Assembly: GCA_019112635.1 (NCBI GenBank)
Contig: DXIX01000029.1
Span: 18,642 to 82,641, forward strand
Length of the DNA stretch: 64,000 nt
Direction: 5' to 3'
From: Candidatus Blautia intestinigallinarum
GTDB lineage: Bacteria > Bacillota > Clostridia > Lachnospirales > Lachnospiraceae
Both the position numbers and the translations under genes were made by a program. The notes beneath the pieces were generated by a model. That model saw only the letters and a program-made list of their open reading frames with translations. It had not been told where the DNA came from and made no database searches. Below are positions 1 through 10,441 of the stretch, one piece after another. The first letter of the stretch is position 1. Each line of letters opens with the position of its first letter.

Positions 1-2
1 AG

Positions 3-2774
3 GGTGAAGACTATGTGAATGACTTCAATATGCGCACAACGAAGACAAGGACACTCAAAAGTACCAGGGGAAATATCTATGACCGTAACGGCGAGGTTCT
101 CGCCTCCAACGAGCTTGCCTATTCTATCACGTTGGAGGACAATGGCACCTACGACAGTGACCGGATCCGGAATCTGACACTGAACAAGACGGCTTATCAG
201 GTTCTCAAGATTCTCACGCAGAATGGAGATTCTGTGGACGTAAGCTTCCACATCGTTCTGGATGAAGATGGCAATTATGTTTTTGACGTGGACGAGGGTG
301 TGACTTTGGACCGCTTCCGGGCGGACATCTACGGGGAGGCTCTGATCGATGATATGACCAAGGAACAGGCGAACTCCACCGCAGAGGAAATCATGGACTA
401 TCTGACCGGGGATGAGAGATTCTGTCTCGTGCTGACAGGGGATAATGCCTACACGGAGGAAGAACTGGATTCCTATGACCTGCCTGCCGAGTATACGCCC
501 CAGGAACTTCTGGATATGACGAAGATCCGGTATGCTCTGTCCACCAACAGTTTTCAGAAATATATGCCGGTGACAATCGCCACCCAGGTGAGTAACGAAT
601 CCATCGCCGCAGTGATGGAGAATCAGGAGGACCTCCAGGGTGTGGAGGTTGTGGAAGATTCCATACGGTCTTATGACGGCGGTATCTATTTCTCTTCCAT
701 CATCGGATATACCGGGCAGGCATCCAGCGAAGAGCTGGAAGAACTTCGGAAAGAGCGAAAAGATTATTCTTCCGATGCTGTGGTCGGCAAGGCCGGCATC
801 GAGCAGTATATGGAGACACAGCTTCAGGGAACGGACGGTGAGGAGACCGTCTACGTGGATAACCTGGGAAAAGTTCTGCAGATTGACGAGGACAGTCGCG
901 TGGAGCCCACAGCGGGAAATGACGTCTATCTGACCATTGACAAGGATATGCAGGAGAGCATCTACCATATTCTGGAGCAGAGGGTGGCGGGAATTCTACT
1001 GTCCAAGATTGTTCCGTCCAAGACTTTTGACGTGACTGCTGTCTCTGATGCCAGTGAGATTCAGATTCCGATTTACGATGTCTACAATGCGCTGATTGCC
1101 AACAGTGTCATTGATATCAATGATTTTGACGATGAGGATGCCTCTGAGACAGAAAAAAATTTATATGCCAAATTTCAACAAAAGCAGCAGGAAATTTTTG
1201 ATAGAATAACTCAGGAGCTAACAGGAGACTCTCCGAAAGCTTTCCGGGATCTGGATGAACAGATGCAGGAGTATATCAGTTACATCGCAGATACACTGCT
1301 CACCAGTAAATTGGAGATTCTGCTTTCGAATTCCATCGACCGCAATGACGCCACTTATCAGGCATGGGAAGAGGATCAAAGCATCAGTCTTCAGGATTAC
1401 TTGACGTATGCGGCAAGCCAGAACTGGATCGACATCTCTAAGATCTCGCCGGAAGGGGAATATCTGGATTCCACAGAGGTTTACCAGGCATTGGCCGCCT
1501 ATATCACAGATTATCTGGAGACAGATACCGACTTCAGCAAGCTGTTATACAAATATATGCTGCAGGAAGACAAAATATCCGGAACCGAGCTGTGTACGGT
1601 CCTCTATGAACAGGGAGTTTTGTCAAAAGACGACGGGATGTATGAATCTTTAGTGTCCGGAGCAACCTCTTCCTATGATTTCATGATTACGAAAATCAGT
1701 AATCTGGAGATCACACCGGGTCAGCTGGCTCTGGACCCCTGTTCTGCCTCCTGTGTTGTGACGGATGTCAACACGGGAGAGGTTCTCGCCTGTGTCACTT
1801 ATCCAGGATATGACAACAACCGGCTGGCGAACCAGATGGATCAGGAGTACTATGCGAAACTGAATACCGACCTGACTTCCCCGCTGTTCAACAAAGCGAC
1901 TCAGCAGAGAACAGCGCCGGGATCCACCTTTAAGCTGGTGTCTGCAATTGTGGGAATGGAAGAAAATCTGATTGATGATGACACCATCATAGACTGTACC
2001 GGAGTCTTTGACCTGGTTCAGCCTCCCATTAACTGCTGGAATAAGAGCGGACACGGAGGTCTGGATCTCACTTCGGCGATTGAACAGTCCTGCAACGTTT
2101 TCTTCAACACCATCGGTTTCATGGCAGGAGAGGATGAGGAGGGGAATTTTTCAGAGACCAGAAGTCTCCAGACTCTCCACAATTATGCCAGCATGCTGGA
2201 TCTGGACAAGACTACGGGAATTGAGATTACGGAGTCAGCTCCCCAGGTATCAGACCAGTACGCGGTTCCTTCCTACATGGGACAGGGTACCCACCTGTAT
2301 ACCACCAGCCAGCTGGCAAGATATGTGACCACACTGGCCAACGAGGGTACCAGCTTCCAGCTCTCTTTGCTGGACAAACTGACAGACAGCACCGGAGAAC
2401 TGATCGAAGACTATACTCCTGGCATTCAGAGTGAACTGGATCTGCCCAGCAATCTCTGGGATGATATCCACAATGGTATGCAGCGTGTGATTCAGACGCA
2501 CCCGGAATTCGCCGGACTGGGAATGTCTGTGGCTGGAAAGACGGGAACCGCCCAGGAATCCACCACACGGCCGGACCACGGTCTGTTCATCGGATATGCT
2601 CCGGCGGATGAACCGGAAGTGGCGATTGCCATTAGGATTCCAAATGGATATTCATCCGGAAATGCCTGCCTGGCTGCAAATGATGTATTTAAATATATCT
2701 TTGATCTGACAGATGAGAAAAACATTGTTACGGGAATCGCTTCGTCTGATACCAGTAACTCATCCACAGACTAA
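3..2774 (+). CDS. mrdA: Class B penicillin-binding protein (PBP2/MrdA-like), 5'-truncated by the window edge
   Basis: The frame is open to the window start. RGNIYDRNG dimerisation-domain motif; transpeptidase motifs STFK, SCN and KTGT; upstream of minDE-rodA. Confidence 0.88.
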   Translation, partial: GEDYVNDFNMRTTKTRTLKSTRGNIYDRNGEVLASNELAYSITLEDNGTYDSDRIRNLTLNKTAYQVLKILTQNGDSVDVSFHIVLDEDGNYVFDVDEGVTLDRFRADIYGEALIDDMTKEQANSTAEEIMDYLTGDERFCLVLTGDNAYTEEELDSYDLPAEYTPQELLDMTKIRYALSTNSFQKYMPVTIATQVSNESIAAVMENQEDLQGVEVVEDSIRSYDGGIYFSSIIGYTGQASSEELEELRKERKDYSSDAVVGKAGIEQYMETQLQGTDGEETVYVDNLGKVLQIDEDSRVEPTAGNDVYLTIDKDMQESIYHILEQRVAGILLSKIVPSKTFDVTAVSDASEIQIPIYDVYNALIANSVIDINDFDDEDASETEKNLYAKFQQKQQEIFDRITQELTGDSPKAFRDLDEQMQEYISYIADTLLTSKLEILLSNSIDRNDATYQAWEEDQSISLQDYLTYAASQNWIDISKISPEGEYLDSTEVYQALAAYITDYLETDTDFSKLLYKYMLQEDKISGTELCTVLYEQGVLSKDDGMYESLVSGATSSYDFMITKISNLEITPGQLALDPCSASCVVTDVNTGEVLACVTYPGYDNNRLANQMDQEYYAKLNTDLTSPLFNKATQQRTAPGSTFKLVSAIVGMEENLIDDDTIIDCTGVFDLVQPPINCWNKSGHGGLDLTSAIEQSCNVFFNTIGFMAGEDEEGNFSETRSLQTLHNYASMLDLDKTTGIEITESAPQVSDQYAVPSYMGQGTHLYTTSQLARYVTTLANEGTSFQLSLLDKLTDSTGELIEDYTPGIQSELDLPSNLWDDIHNGMQRVIQTHPEFAGLGMSVAGKTGTAQESTTRPDHGLFIGYAPADEPEVAIAIRIPNGYSSGNACLAANDVFKYIFDLTDEKNIVTGIASSDTSNSSTD

Positions 2775-2826
2775 AATACAAAGGAAAATACCCGCAGGAT
2801 GGGGATTATCGTTGGGAGGAACAGAT

Positions 2827-3606
2827 ATGAGTGAAGTGATTGTAATTACCTCAGGAAAAGGCGGCGTCGGAAAGACCACCACGGTCGCCAACATCGGTAT
2901 GGGTCTGGCGATGCTGGACAAAAAAGTTGTGGTGGTGGATACCGACATCGGACTTCGCAATCTGGATGTGGTGATGGGGCTTGAGAATCGGATCGTTTAC
3001 AATCTGGTGGATGTGGTAAATGGAAGCTGCAGGCTGAAGCAGGCCCTGATTAAAGATAAGAGGACACCGAATCTCTATCTTTTGCCGTCAGCCCAGACAA
3101 AGGACAAGTCTGCCGTATCTCCGGAGCAGATGATCAAGCTGACAGACACTCTGCGGGAAGAGTTCGACTTTATTCTTTTGGACTGTCCGGCGGGGATTGA
3201 GCAAGGGTTTAAAAATGCCATAGCCGGGGCGGATCATGCTCTGGTGGTGACAACGCCGGAAGTATCAGCCATCCGGGACGCGGATCGGATTATCGGGCTT
3301 CTCGGGGCGAATGAGATCCGCAAAATTCATTTGATTATCAACCGCCTGCGTCCGGACATGATCCGCAGAGGAGACATGATGTCCGTGGACGATGTGGTAG
3401 ACATACTGGCTGTGGATCTGATTGGCACAGTGCCGGACGACGAGCAGATTGTGATCTCCACAAATCAGGGAGAACCTCTGTCGGGAAAACACTCTCAGGC
3501 AGAGGAAGAATACCGCAATATCTGCCGCCGTCTGCTGGGGGAGGAAGTTCCCTTTCCCTCCATTCAGGCCAGAAAAGGATTGTTTGCCAGATTTCGCAGA
3601 AAGTAA
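2827..3606 (+). CDS. minD: Septum site-determining ATPase MinD
   Basis: ITSGKGGVGKTT, DIGLRNLD and DCPAGIE motifs; C-terminal amphipathic GLFARF; GGGAGG RBS before ATG 2827. Confidence 0.96.
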   Translation: MSEVIVITSGKGGVGKTTTVANIGMGLAMLDKKVVVVDTDIGLRNLDVVMGLENRIVYNLVDVVNGSCRLKQALIKDKRTPNLYLLPSAQTKDKSAVSPEQMIKLTDTLREEFDFILLDCPAGIEQGFKNAIAGADHALVVTTPEVSAIRDADRIIGLLGANEIRKIHLIINRLRPDMIRRGDMMSVDDVVDILAVDLIGTVPDDEQIVISTNQGEPLSGKHSQAEEEYRNICRRLLGEEVPFPSIQARKGLFARFRRK

Positions 3607-3617
3607 GGAGGGCAGAT

Positions 3618-3863
3618 ATGTGGTCGTTCCTGACAGAAAAAAGAAATTCCAGTAAGGTTGCAAAAGACAGAATGAAACTGCTTTTGGTTTCGGAACGAAT
3701 GAACTGCTCTCCACAGATCATTGCCATGATGCAGAATGATTTTCTGAAGACCGCTGCCCGGTACTTCTCCGTGATGGACACGGGAGTGACTTTTGAGGTC
3801 AAAGGCCAGCCGCCGGTTCTTCGTATCTGCATCCCATTAAAGACTAAGAAAAATTCTGGGTGA
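3618..3863 (+). CDS. minE: Cell division topological specificity factor MinE
   Basis: SSKVAKDRMKLLLVSER N-terminal motif; directly after minD; AAGGAGG RBS. Confidence 0.9.
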   Translation: MWSFLTEKRNSSKVAKDRMKLLLVSERMNCSPQIIAMMQNDFLKTAARYFSVMDTGVTFEVKGQPPVLRICIPLKTKKNSG

Positions 3864-3868
3864 TACTT

Positions 3869-5017
3869 ATGATAAAACAGTATAAACTGAGATTCTACAA
3901 TTTCAGACTTGTTTTCCTGCTGATCGCAATCAGCACCATTGGAGTTCTCCTGGTGGGAAGTGCCATGGAATCCCTGCGCAACCGCCAGCTCGCAGGTGTG
4001 ATTTTCGGTCTGGTGGTCATGATAATTGTGTCGTTGATGGATTTCAGCTGGATTCTAAATTTCTCCTGGCTGATGTATGGATTCAATATTGTCATGCTCC
4101 TGGCTGTCCGTATTTTCGGTTCCACAGCGGGGGGCGCCACGAGATGGATTGACTTGGGGTTCATCCGTTTTCAGCCCACGGAGCTTTCCAAGATCATATT
4201 GATTTTGTTTTTCGCAAAATTCTTTATGGACCACGAGGAAGATCTGAATACGGTGCGCACCATCGCGAAGTCAGCGCTTCTGCTTCTGATTCCGCTGGCT
4301 TTGATTTACATACAGCCGGACTTGAAAAATACCATCACGGTAATCATTCTGTTCTGTGTGTTGATTTACATGGCAGGGCTGAGCTATAAGATTATCGGCG
4401 GCGCGATCTTGATTGTTGTTCCCCTTCTGGTCATCTTTCTGGCCATTGTAGTCCAGCCGGATCAGAAACTGATCCAGGACTATCAGAGGGATCGTATCAT
4501 GTCCTGGCTGTATCCGGAAAATGAGGAATACTCTGATGACACAGAACAGCAGAGAAACTCCATTGTGGCCATCGGTTCCGGAGAGCTTACGGGAAAGGGT
4601 CTGAACAACAATAGTGTATCCTCCGCGAACAACGGAAACTTCGTATCCCAGATTCAGACAGACTTTATCTTCGCTGTGGCAGGCGAAGAGCTTGGATTCC
4701 TGGGATGTACGGTGATCGTCCTTCTTCTTTTGTTCATCTGCTTGGAATGTTTAAGGATGAGTATGCGCTCCAAGGATTTATCGGGGAGGATTATCTGCTG
4801 CGGGGTGGGCACCATCATTGCCTTCCAAAGTTTTATCAACATCTGTGTGGCAACCGGATTGATGCCGAACACGGGAACGCCGCTTCCCTTTGTCAGCTAT
4901 GGTCTGACTTCTCTAGTCAGTCTGTATCTGGGAATGGGAATCGTTCTGAACGTGGGTCTGCAAAGCAGAGAATACCGTGATCTTCCACGAATCACCAGAA
5001 GAGAGGAATATTTATAG
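3869..5017 (+). CDS. rodA: SEDS family protein (RodA/FtsW)
   Basis: GATRWI, FQPTELSK, TDFIF and PLPFVSYG motifs; multiple TM segments; operon with pbp2 and minDE. Confidence 0.9.
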   Translation: MIKQYKLRFYNFRLVFLLIAISTIGVLLVGSAMESLRNRQLAGVIFGLVVMIIVSLMDFSWILNFSWLMYGFNIVMLLAVRIFGSTAGGATRWIDLGFIRFQPTELSKIILILFFAKFFMDHEEDLNTVRTIAKSALLLLIPLALIYIQPDLKNTITVIILFCVLIYMAGLSYKIIGGAILIVVPLLVIFLAIVVQPDQKLIQDYQRDRIMSWLYPENEEYSDDTEQQRNSIVAIGSGELTGKGLNNNSVSSANNGNFVSQIQTDFIFAVAGEELGFLGCTVIVLLLLFICLECLRMSMRSKDLSGRIICCGVGTIIAFQSFINICVATGLMPNTGTPLPFVSYGLTSLVSLYLGMGIVLNVGLQSREYRDLPRITRREEYL

Positions 5018-6091
5018 ATGAGAGAGCAAAAGAAGAGAGATTCCAGAAAAGACAAAGATTCCAGATATTCCCGCCGAATGCGCAGGATGCGAAGGCGCCG
5101 AATCCAAAATACTTTGTGGATGCTGCTTTTTCTGTTTATCATTGCCGCAGGCATGGTATTTATCGTGTATAAATTCCGGGGAGATACTCTGAGAGACCGG
5201 ACGCTTTCTTATGAGTCGGAGAATGAGTTTGAGCTGTCTCATATCGGGAATTCTCCGGAGAGAGCTAAGACTTTTGCGCAGGATCTGTGTGTCAGCCCGT
5301 CTGGGGATGTGGCCGAAGATACCCTGGAACTTCCTGACGGACAGATGGGAGCTTTGTTTGATCTGAGTCACCAGGAAGTGCTCTATGCAAAAGGGCTTTA
5401 TGAGAGAGTCTATCCTGCCAGTATTACGAAAATGATGACGGCTATGCTTGCCCTGCGAAGCGGCAAACTGGACGACACTGTCGTCATTCAGCAGGAGGAT
5501 CTGATGCTGGAATCCGGCTCCCAGGTCTGCGGCTTCATGGTGGGAGATAAGCTGACACTGGATCAGCTGGTTCATTGTCTTCTGGTTTATTCCGGAAATG
5601 ATGCTGCCTCCGCCATTGCCAGATATGTGGGAGGAAATCAATCGGATTTCGTGGATATGATGAATGATTACGCTGCCAGCCTTGGCATGACGGGAACCCA
5701 CTTTGAGAATCCCCACGGTCTTCAGTCAGAGAACCATTACACGACACCTTATGACATCTATCTGATGCTGAATGAGGCGAGAACCTACCGGGAATTTCTG
5801 CAGATTTCTCAGATGTCCACTTATACGGTGAACTTTGAACATGCAGATGGCAGTGCCGCAGCGCTTAGCTTTGCGTCCACGGATCATTATCTGACCGGAG
5901 AGGCAACTCCGCCAAAAGATGTGACCATTCTCGGCGGAAAGACCGGGACCACATCCGACGCGGGAAACTGTCTGGCACTGCTCACACAGAATGCCTACGG
6001 TCAGCCTTATATCTCCATTGTGATGAACGCAGCCACGAAAGAACTGCTGTATGAACAAATGAATCTGCTCCTGCAGCAGATAAACATTTAA
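5018..6091 (+). CDS. D-alanyl-D-alanine carboxypeptidase (peptidase S11)
   Basis: PASITK, SGND, NPHGL and GGKTG motifs; basic N-terminus plus TM anchor. Confidence 0.9.
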   Translation: MREQKKRDSRKDKDSRYSRRMRRMRRRRIQNTLWMLLFLFIIAAGMVFIVYKFRGDTLRDRTLSYESENEFELSHIGNSPERAKTFAQDLCVSPSGDVAEDTLELPDGQMGALFDLSHQEVLYAKGLYERVYPASITKMMTAMLALRSGKLDDTVVIQQEDLMLESGSQVCGFMVGDKLTLDQLVHCLLVYSGNDAASAIARYVGGNQSDFVDMMNDYAASLGMTGTHFENPHGLQSENHYTTPYDIYLMLNEARTYREFLQISQMSTYTVNFEHADGSAAALSFASTDHYLTGEATPPKDVTILGGKTGTTSDAGNCLALLTQNAYGQPYISIVMNAATKELLYEQMNLLLQQINI

Positions 6092-6128
6092 AAATTCGTG
6101 AAAATCTGTTTTTTTTCAGAAATAAGGA

Positions 6129-6157
6129 TTGAATTCTTTGGCGAAATACACTATAAT
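6129..6157 (+). promoter_or_regulatory. Sigma-A-type promoter
   Basis: TTGAAT (6129-6134), 17 bp spacer, TATAAT (6152-6157), upstream of the ORF at 6223. Confidence 0.65.
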
Positions 6158-6222
6158 TGAAACATATTAAATATGGTTTTTGGTAAAAATTCATATTATA
6201 CGTGTCTAAGGAGGAAAACAGC

Positions 6223-6651
6223 ATGGTTGAACTAATTACAGGAAAAAAAGGTAAAGGTAAGACAAAAGTACTGTTAGACAAAGTAAACGGCTCAGTGAAG
6301 GAAGTAAACGGAAACATTGTTTATCTGGACAAAAGTACAAAGCATATGTTTGAGCTGAACAATAAGGTACGTTTGATTGATGTGACCGGATATCCGGTGA
6401 AGAACAGTGACGAGTTTGTCGGATTCATCTGTGGAATCCTCTCACAGGATCATGACCTTGAGCAGGTTTATCTGGACAGCTTCCTGAAGATTGCGCAGTT
6501 GGAAGACGCTGGCAAAGAGGATGTGGCCTCTACTTTGGATCAGTTAAATGACATTGGAAAACAGTTCTCCGTCAAGTTTATAATCAGTATTTCCCTGGAC
6601 AAAGAAGAACTCCCTGAAAAATTCCTTGAGAATGTGAGTGTGTCACTCTAG
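6223..6651 (+). CDS. Conserved small P-loop-like protein of unknown function (clostridial family often mislabelled PilT)
   Basis: LITGKKGKGKTK Walker-A-like N-terminus; AAGGAGG RBS; own promoter and terminator. Confidence 0.75.
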   Translation: MVELITGKKGKGKTKVLLDKVNGSVKEVNGNIVYLDKSTKHMFELNNKVRLIDVTGYPVKNSDEFVGFICGILSQDHDLEQVYLDSFLKIAQLEDAGKEDVASTLDQLNDIGKQFSVKFIISISLDKEELPEKFLENVSVSL

Positions 6652-6708
6652 GCCGGATGCTACATATTCATTCCAACATCCGGGAAGAATTACAAATCCG
6701 AAAAAAAT

Positions 6709-6748
6709 GAGAGAAACCCCTGGAAAAACCCGAGGTTTCTCTTTTTTT
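6709..6748 (+). terminator. Intrinsic terminator
   Basis: AGAGAAACC...GGTTTCTCT stem followed by a T run. Confidence 0.7.
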
Positions 6749-6882
6749 CACACTTAATTCACAGGAAGTTCTCTGCTTTCCAGATTTCAAAACTTGTAAT
6801 CTGAAATGGAAAATGATACAATACATCTGTGTGTGATTTACACTTGAATATGTAAGCATGAGACCCAGAAAGGAAGTTTCTT

Positions 6883-8307
6883 TTGCCAAAACCAAAGAAA
6901 TCATTACCAAAATTAAATATATCCATGAAAGATTTCCGAAAGCTGTTCACTTTGAATATCGGAACAGTTATGTTCGGCATTTTGTTTTTATACCTGTTAA
7001 TTATCGGAGTCCGCTATCTGACCAGCTCTCACATTGAGTCCTATCAGGTGTCATCCGGTCCTCTGTCCAGCAACGAACTCTATACCGGTCTGGTCATCTG
7101 TGAGGAAGAGGTGGTGTCTGCGGATTCTTCTGGATACATCACTTATTATGCCAGAGAGGGCAATAAAATCAATGCCAACGGCATTGTCTTTGGCCTGAGC
7201 ACCAGCCAGTCTTCCCAGGGAGCCCAGACACTGAGTTCTGATGATATGGCAAGGATCAAAAGTCAGATGAGCAGTTTCTCCAACGGCTTCCATCCATCCA
7301 ATTTTAATTCAACTTATAGTTTTAAATATGAGCTGGCGGGGAATATATTAAACTATGCAGGTGAGAGCAGTTCTTCCGATGATACAGATGAGGAGGGGAC
7401 GACCTCGGGCAGTGTCCTCGCAGCCGGTCAGACACTCTCCAGAAGCCCGACAGATGGAATTGTCCTGTACTCCACCGATGGATATGAAGACAAGACCGTG
7501 GAAGATCTGACAGCGGAGGATTTCGACCAGAATGCCTACGAGAAGAAGGATCTGAAGACAGGACGGGAAGTAGAAGCGGGGGATCCGGTCTACACGATTA
7601 TTACCAGCGAGACCTGGGATCTTTTGATTCCGCTGAGTTCCAAGCAGGCAGCCCAGCTGATGGACACGGAGAGTATCCGTGTGAAGTTTAACAGTGACGG
7701 GGCGACACAGATTGGTGATTTTGCCATTCAGGAGATTGATGGAAATCAATATGGAAGAATCACTTTTAACAAAGGATTGATACGCTATGCATCGGATCGT
7801 TTTCTGACGATTGAGCTGGTGACGAACACCCAGAGCGGACTGAAGATCCCGCTCAGTGCCATCACCACGAAGGATTTTTATATTGTTCCGAAGGAATATG
7901 CGGAAGTTGACGAGAATGAGAATTATCAGGGATTCACCGTGCTGCACACCGACAGCGACGGAGAGGAATCCACATCCTTTTTGACACCGACCGTCTATGC
8001 ATCCACGGATGACTACTATTATTTTGAAATCGGAGATGGAAAGGAAAACAGTTCCTCAGACACTCTGAAAGAAGGGGACGCGATTCAAAGTCCCGATGGT
8101 TCCGGCAGATACGTGGTGGGTGACACCGGAGTACTGGAAGGAGTCTATTGCATCAATCAGGGTTATGCGGTATTCCGCCGGATCGAACTGATTGATCAGA
8201 ATGATGAATATGCCATTGTCCGCAGCAACACGTCCTACGGACTGTCAAGATACGATCACATTGCAGAAAATGCGGACAGTGTCAAAGAATCTGACATTGT
8301 CTATTAA
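6883..8307 (+). CDS. Membrane-anchored HlyD/periplasmic-adaptor-like protein
   Basis: N-terminal TM; lipoyl-like halves (SGYITYYAREG ... SPTDGIV); GLKIP motif; upstream of yggS-sepF as in clostridia. Confidence 0.65.
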   Translation: MPKPKKSLPKLNISMKDFRKLFTLNIGTVMFGILFLYLLIIGVRYLTSSHIESYQVSSGPLSSNELYTGLVICEEEVVSADSSGYITYYAREGNKINANGIVFGLSTSQSSQGAQTLSSDDMARIKSQMSSFSNGFHPSNFNSTYSFKYELAGNILNYAGESSSSDDTDEEGTTSGSVLAAGQTLSRSPTDGIVLYSTDGYEDKTVEDLTAEDFDQNAYEKKDLKTGREVEAGDPVYTIITSETWDLLIPLSSKQAAQLMDTESIRVKFNSDGATQIGDFAIQEIDGNQYGRITFNKGLIRYASDRFLTIELVTNTQSGLKIPLSAITTKDFYIVPKEYAEVDENENYQGFTVLHTDSDGEESTSFLTPTVYASTDDYYYFEIGDGKENSSSDTLKEGDAIQSPDGSGRYVVGDTGVLEGVYCINQGYAVFRRIELIDQNDEYAIVRSNTSYGLSRYDHIAENADSVKESDIVY

Positions 8308-8321
8308 GGGAGGGATATACG

Positions 8322-9020
8322 ATGCTGTCAGAAAATCTGAGAGACGTAGAGAAAAGAATTGAGGAAGCTTGTAAAAGAAGCAACCGGGATCCGAAGGAAG
8401 TGACCCTGATCGCTGTCAGCAAGACAAAACCTGTCGAGATGCTGCAGGAAGTTTACGACGCAGGAGCGCGGAATTTCGGTGAAAATAAGGTACAGGAAAT
8501 TATGGACAAGTATGATCATCTGCCCCAGGATATTCACTGGCATATGATCGGTCACCTGCAGAGAAATAAGGTAAAATACATTGTGGACAAGGTTCAGATG
8601 ATCCACTCTGTAGATTCCCTCAGGCTGGCGGAGACCATCGACAAAGAGGCAAAGAAAAAAAATGTCACCGTGCCGATCTTGATTGAAGTCAATGTGGCTG
8701 AGGAGGACAGTAAATTCGGCCTTTCTTTGGAAGAAGTGACTGCTCTTGCGGAAGAGATCTCCAAATTGTCGAATGTACGGGTGTGCGGTCTGATGACGGT
8801 GGCACCTTTTGTTGAAGATCCGGAGGAAAATCGCGAAGTATTCCGAAGTTTGAAAAAATTAAGTGTTGACATTGCCGCGAAAAACATTAATAATGTTACT
8901 ATGAGTGTGCTGAGCATGGGAATGACCAATGACTTCGAAGTGGCAGTTGAAGAGGGTGCGACAATGGTCCGGGTCGGCACTGCGATTTTCGGCGCACGTG
9001 ATTATTCACGAAAAGATTAA
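8322..9020 (+). CDS. yggS: PLP homeostasis protein YggS
   Basis: LIAVSKT, FGENKVQE, WHMIGHLQRNK, LSMGMTND and VRVGTAIFG motifs. Confidence 0.96.
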   Translation: MLSENLRDVEKRIEEACKRSNRDPKEVTLIAVSKTKPVEMLQEVYDAGARNFGENKVQEIMDKYDHLPQDIHWHMIGHLQRNKVKYIVDKVQMIHSVDSLRLAETIDKEAKKKNVTVPILIEVNVAEEDSKFGLSLEEVTALAEEISKLSNVRVCGLMTVAPFVEDPEENREVFRSLKKLSVDIAAKNINNVTMSVLSMGMTNDFEVAVEEGATMVRVGTAIFGARDYSRKD

Positions 9021-9036
9021 AGAATGGAGATTAAAA

Positions 9037-9663
9037 ATGAGTGTTTTAGATAAGTTTTTAGATGCCATTAAACTGAATGATGATTTTGACGACGATGACT
9101 TTTTGGATGATGACATTCTGGATGACGACTTCGATGAGATAGAAGAGAAACCTCGAAAAAAGTTTTTTGAGAAATTTTCAAAGAAAAAGGACGACGATTT
9201 CGACGATGACTTTGATGATTTCGACGATGAGCCTGTCAAAGTTACCAAGCGGGCTTCTAAAACAGCGGCAGCGGCCAAGACGACTGAGAGAGCGGAGAAA
9301 CCGGCGCGTCAGGCGTCCAGACCTGCTCCGTCAAAGATCACTCCTATGCGTAATTCCAAAAAATATGCGCAGAGTCAGTCCATGGAAGTATGTGTGATCA
9401 AGCCTTCCACCATGGAAGATACCCGCGAGATCGCAGATTCTCTGGTGGACAATTCCACAGTTGTCCTGAATCTGGAGGGAATGGATGTGGAGCTTGCGCA
9501 GAGAATCATTGACTTCACTTCCGGAGCCTGTTATTCTCTGGGCGGACGTCTTCAGAAAGTGTCCAGTTATATCTTTATTCTCACACCGTACAATGTGGAC
9601 ATCACAGGAGACTTCCAGAATATCCTGGACGGTGCGATTCCATCCATGCGCGCAGGATACTAA
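9037..9663 (+). CDS. sepF: Cell division protein SepF
   Basis: N-terminal amphipathic helix; acidic linker; C-terminal VVLNL...AQRIIDFTSG motif. Confidence 0.92.
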   Translation: MSVLDKFLDAIKLNDDFDDDDFLDDDILDDDFDEIEEKPRKKFFEKFSKKKDDDFDDDFDDFDDEPVKVTKRASKTAAAAKTTERAEKPARQASRPAPSKITPMRNSKKYAQSQSMEVCVIKPSTMEDTREIADSLVDNSTVVLNLEGMDVELAQRIIDFTSGACYSLGGRLQKVSSYIFILTPYNVDITGDFQNILDGAIPSMRAGY

Positions 9664-9666
9664 GAA

Positions 9667-10428
9667 ATGGACAGAGAAGTTTTATTTGAAAAACGTATAA
9701 AAGATTTGGCAAACCGGGCATACAACAGAGATATTATTCTGTTTACCGATTTTCTGAATCTGGATGAACTACATAAGATTCATAGTATTCCGCCAAAAGA
9801 GCTGCCGGTGTCGGTATGTACTTTTGGCGGCTATGATTTGGCAGAGCGTCAGATGGCAGCATTTCTCCCTGATGCTCTTTCTTACCTTGGAGAGAATCTT
9901 ACCTATCCCCTGGTCTGTCTGCGGATTCGCCCTCTGGCTGTCAAATTCGCGGAGAAACTGACCCACAGAGATTACCTGGGAGCACTTGTGAATCTTGGGA
10001 TGGACCGTTCCATGCTGGGCGATATTCTGGTGGGAGAGGACGGTGCTTACTGCTTCTGTAAGGAATCGATGTCTGAATTTGTCTGTGAGAATCTGACCAG
10101 AGTGCGCCACACCACAGTGTCGGCCGAACCGGTACAGGATCAAGGTGAGCTTCCACGGCCGAAATTCAAGGAGATTCAGGGAACTGTCCCCTCGGTGCGT
10201 CTGGATGTTCTTCTGGCATTGGCATTTGGGGAATCCCGTTCGAAAATCGTTCCCTGTATCGAGGGAGGGAAGGTCTTTGTCAATGGAAGGCTGGTCACCT
10301 CCAATGGATATAATCCGGCTCCAGGGGATCTGATTTCGGTCAGACAGAAAGGAAGATTCCTCTATGAGGGAGCTTCTGGTGAGACAAAAAAAGGAAGGGT
10401 ACGCGTCCTTCTGAAACGATATATTTGA
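9667..10428 (+). CDS. ylmH: YlmH S4-domain RNA-binding protein
   Basis: TDFL, GGY..AER and LTHRDYLGAL motifs; S4 domain SVRLD...GDLISVR; follows sepF. Confidence 0.9.
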   Translation: MDREVLFEKRIKDLANRAYNRDIILFTDFLNLDELHKIHSIPPKELPVSVCTFGGYDLAERQMAAFLPDALSYLGENLTYPLVCLRIRPLAVKFAEKLTHRDYLGALVNLGMDRSMLGDILVGEDGAYCFCKESMSEFVCENLTRVRHTTVSAEPVQDQGELPRPKFKEIQGTVPSVRLDVLLALAFGESRSKIVPCIEGGKVFVNGRLVTSNGYNPAPGDLISVRQKGRFLYEGASGETKKGRVRVLLKRYI

Positions 10429-10441
10429 AGCGGAGGAAACA

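Noticed and set aside
9073-9230. Low-complexity GAY/TTY-rich repeat
   Set aside because: It encodes the acidic disordered linker of SepF and is not an independent element.
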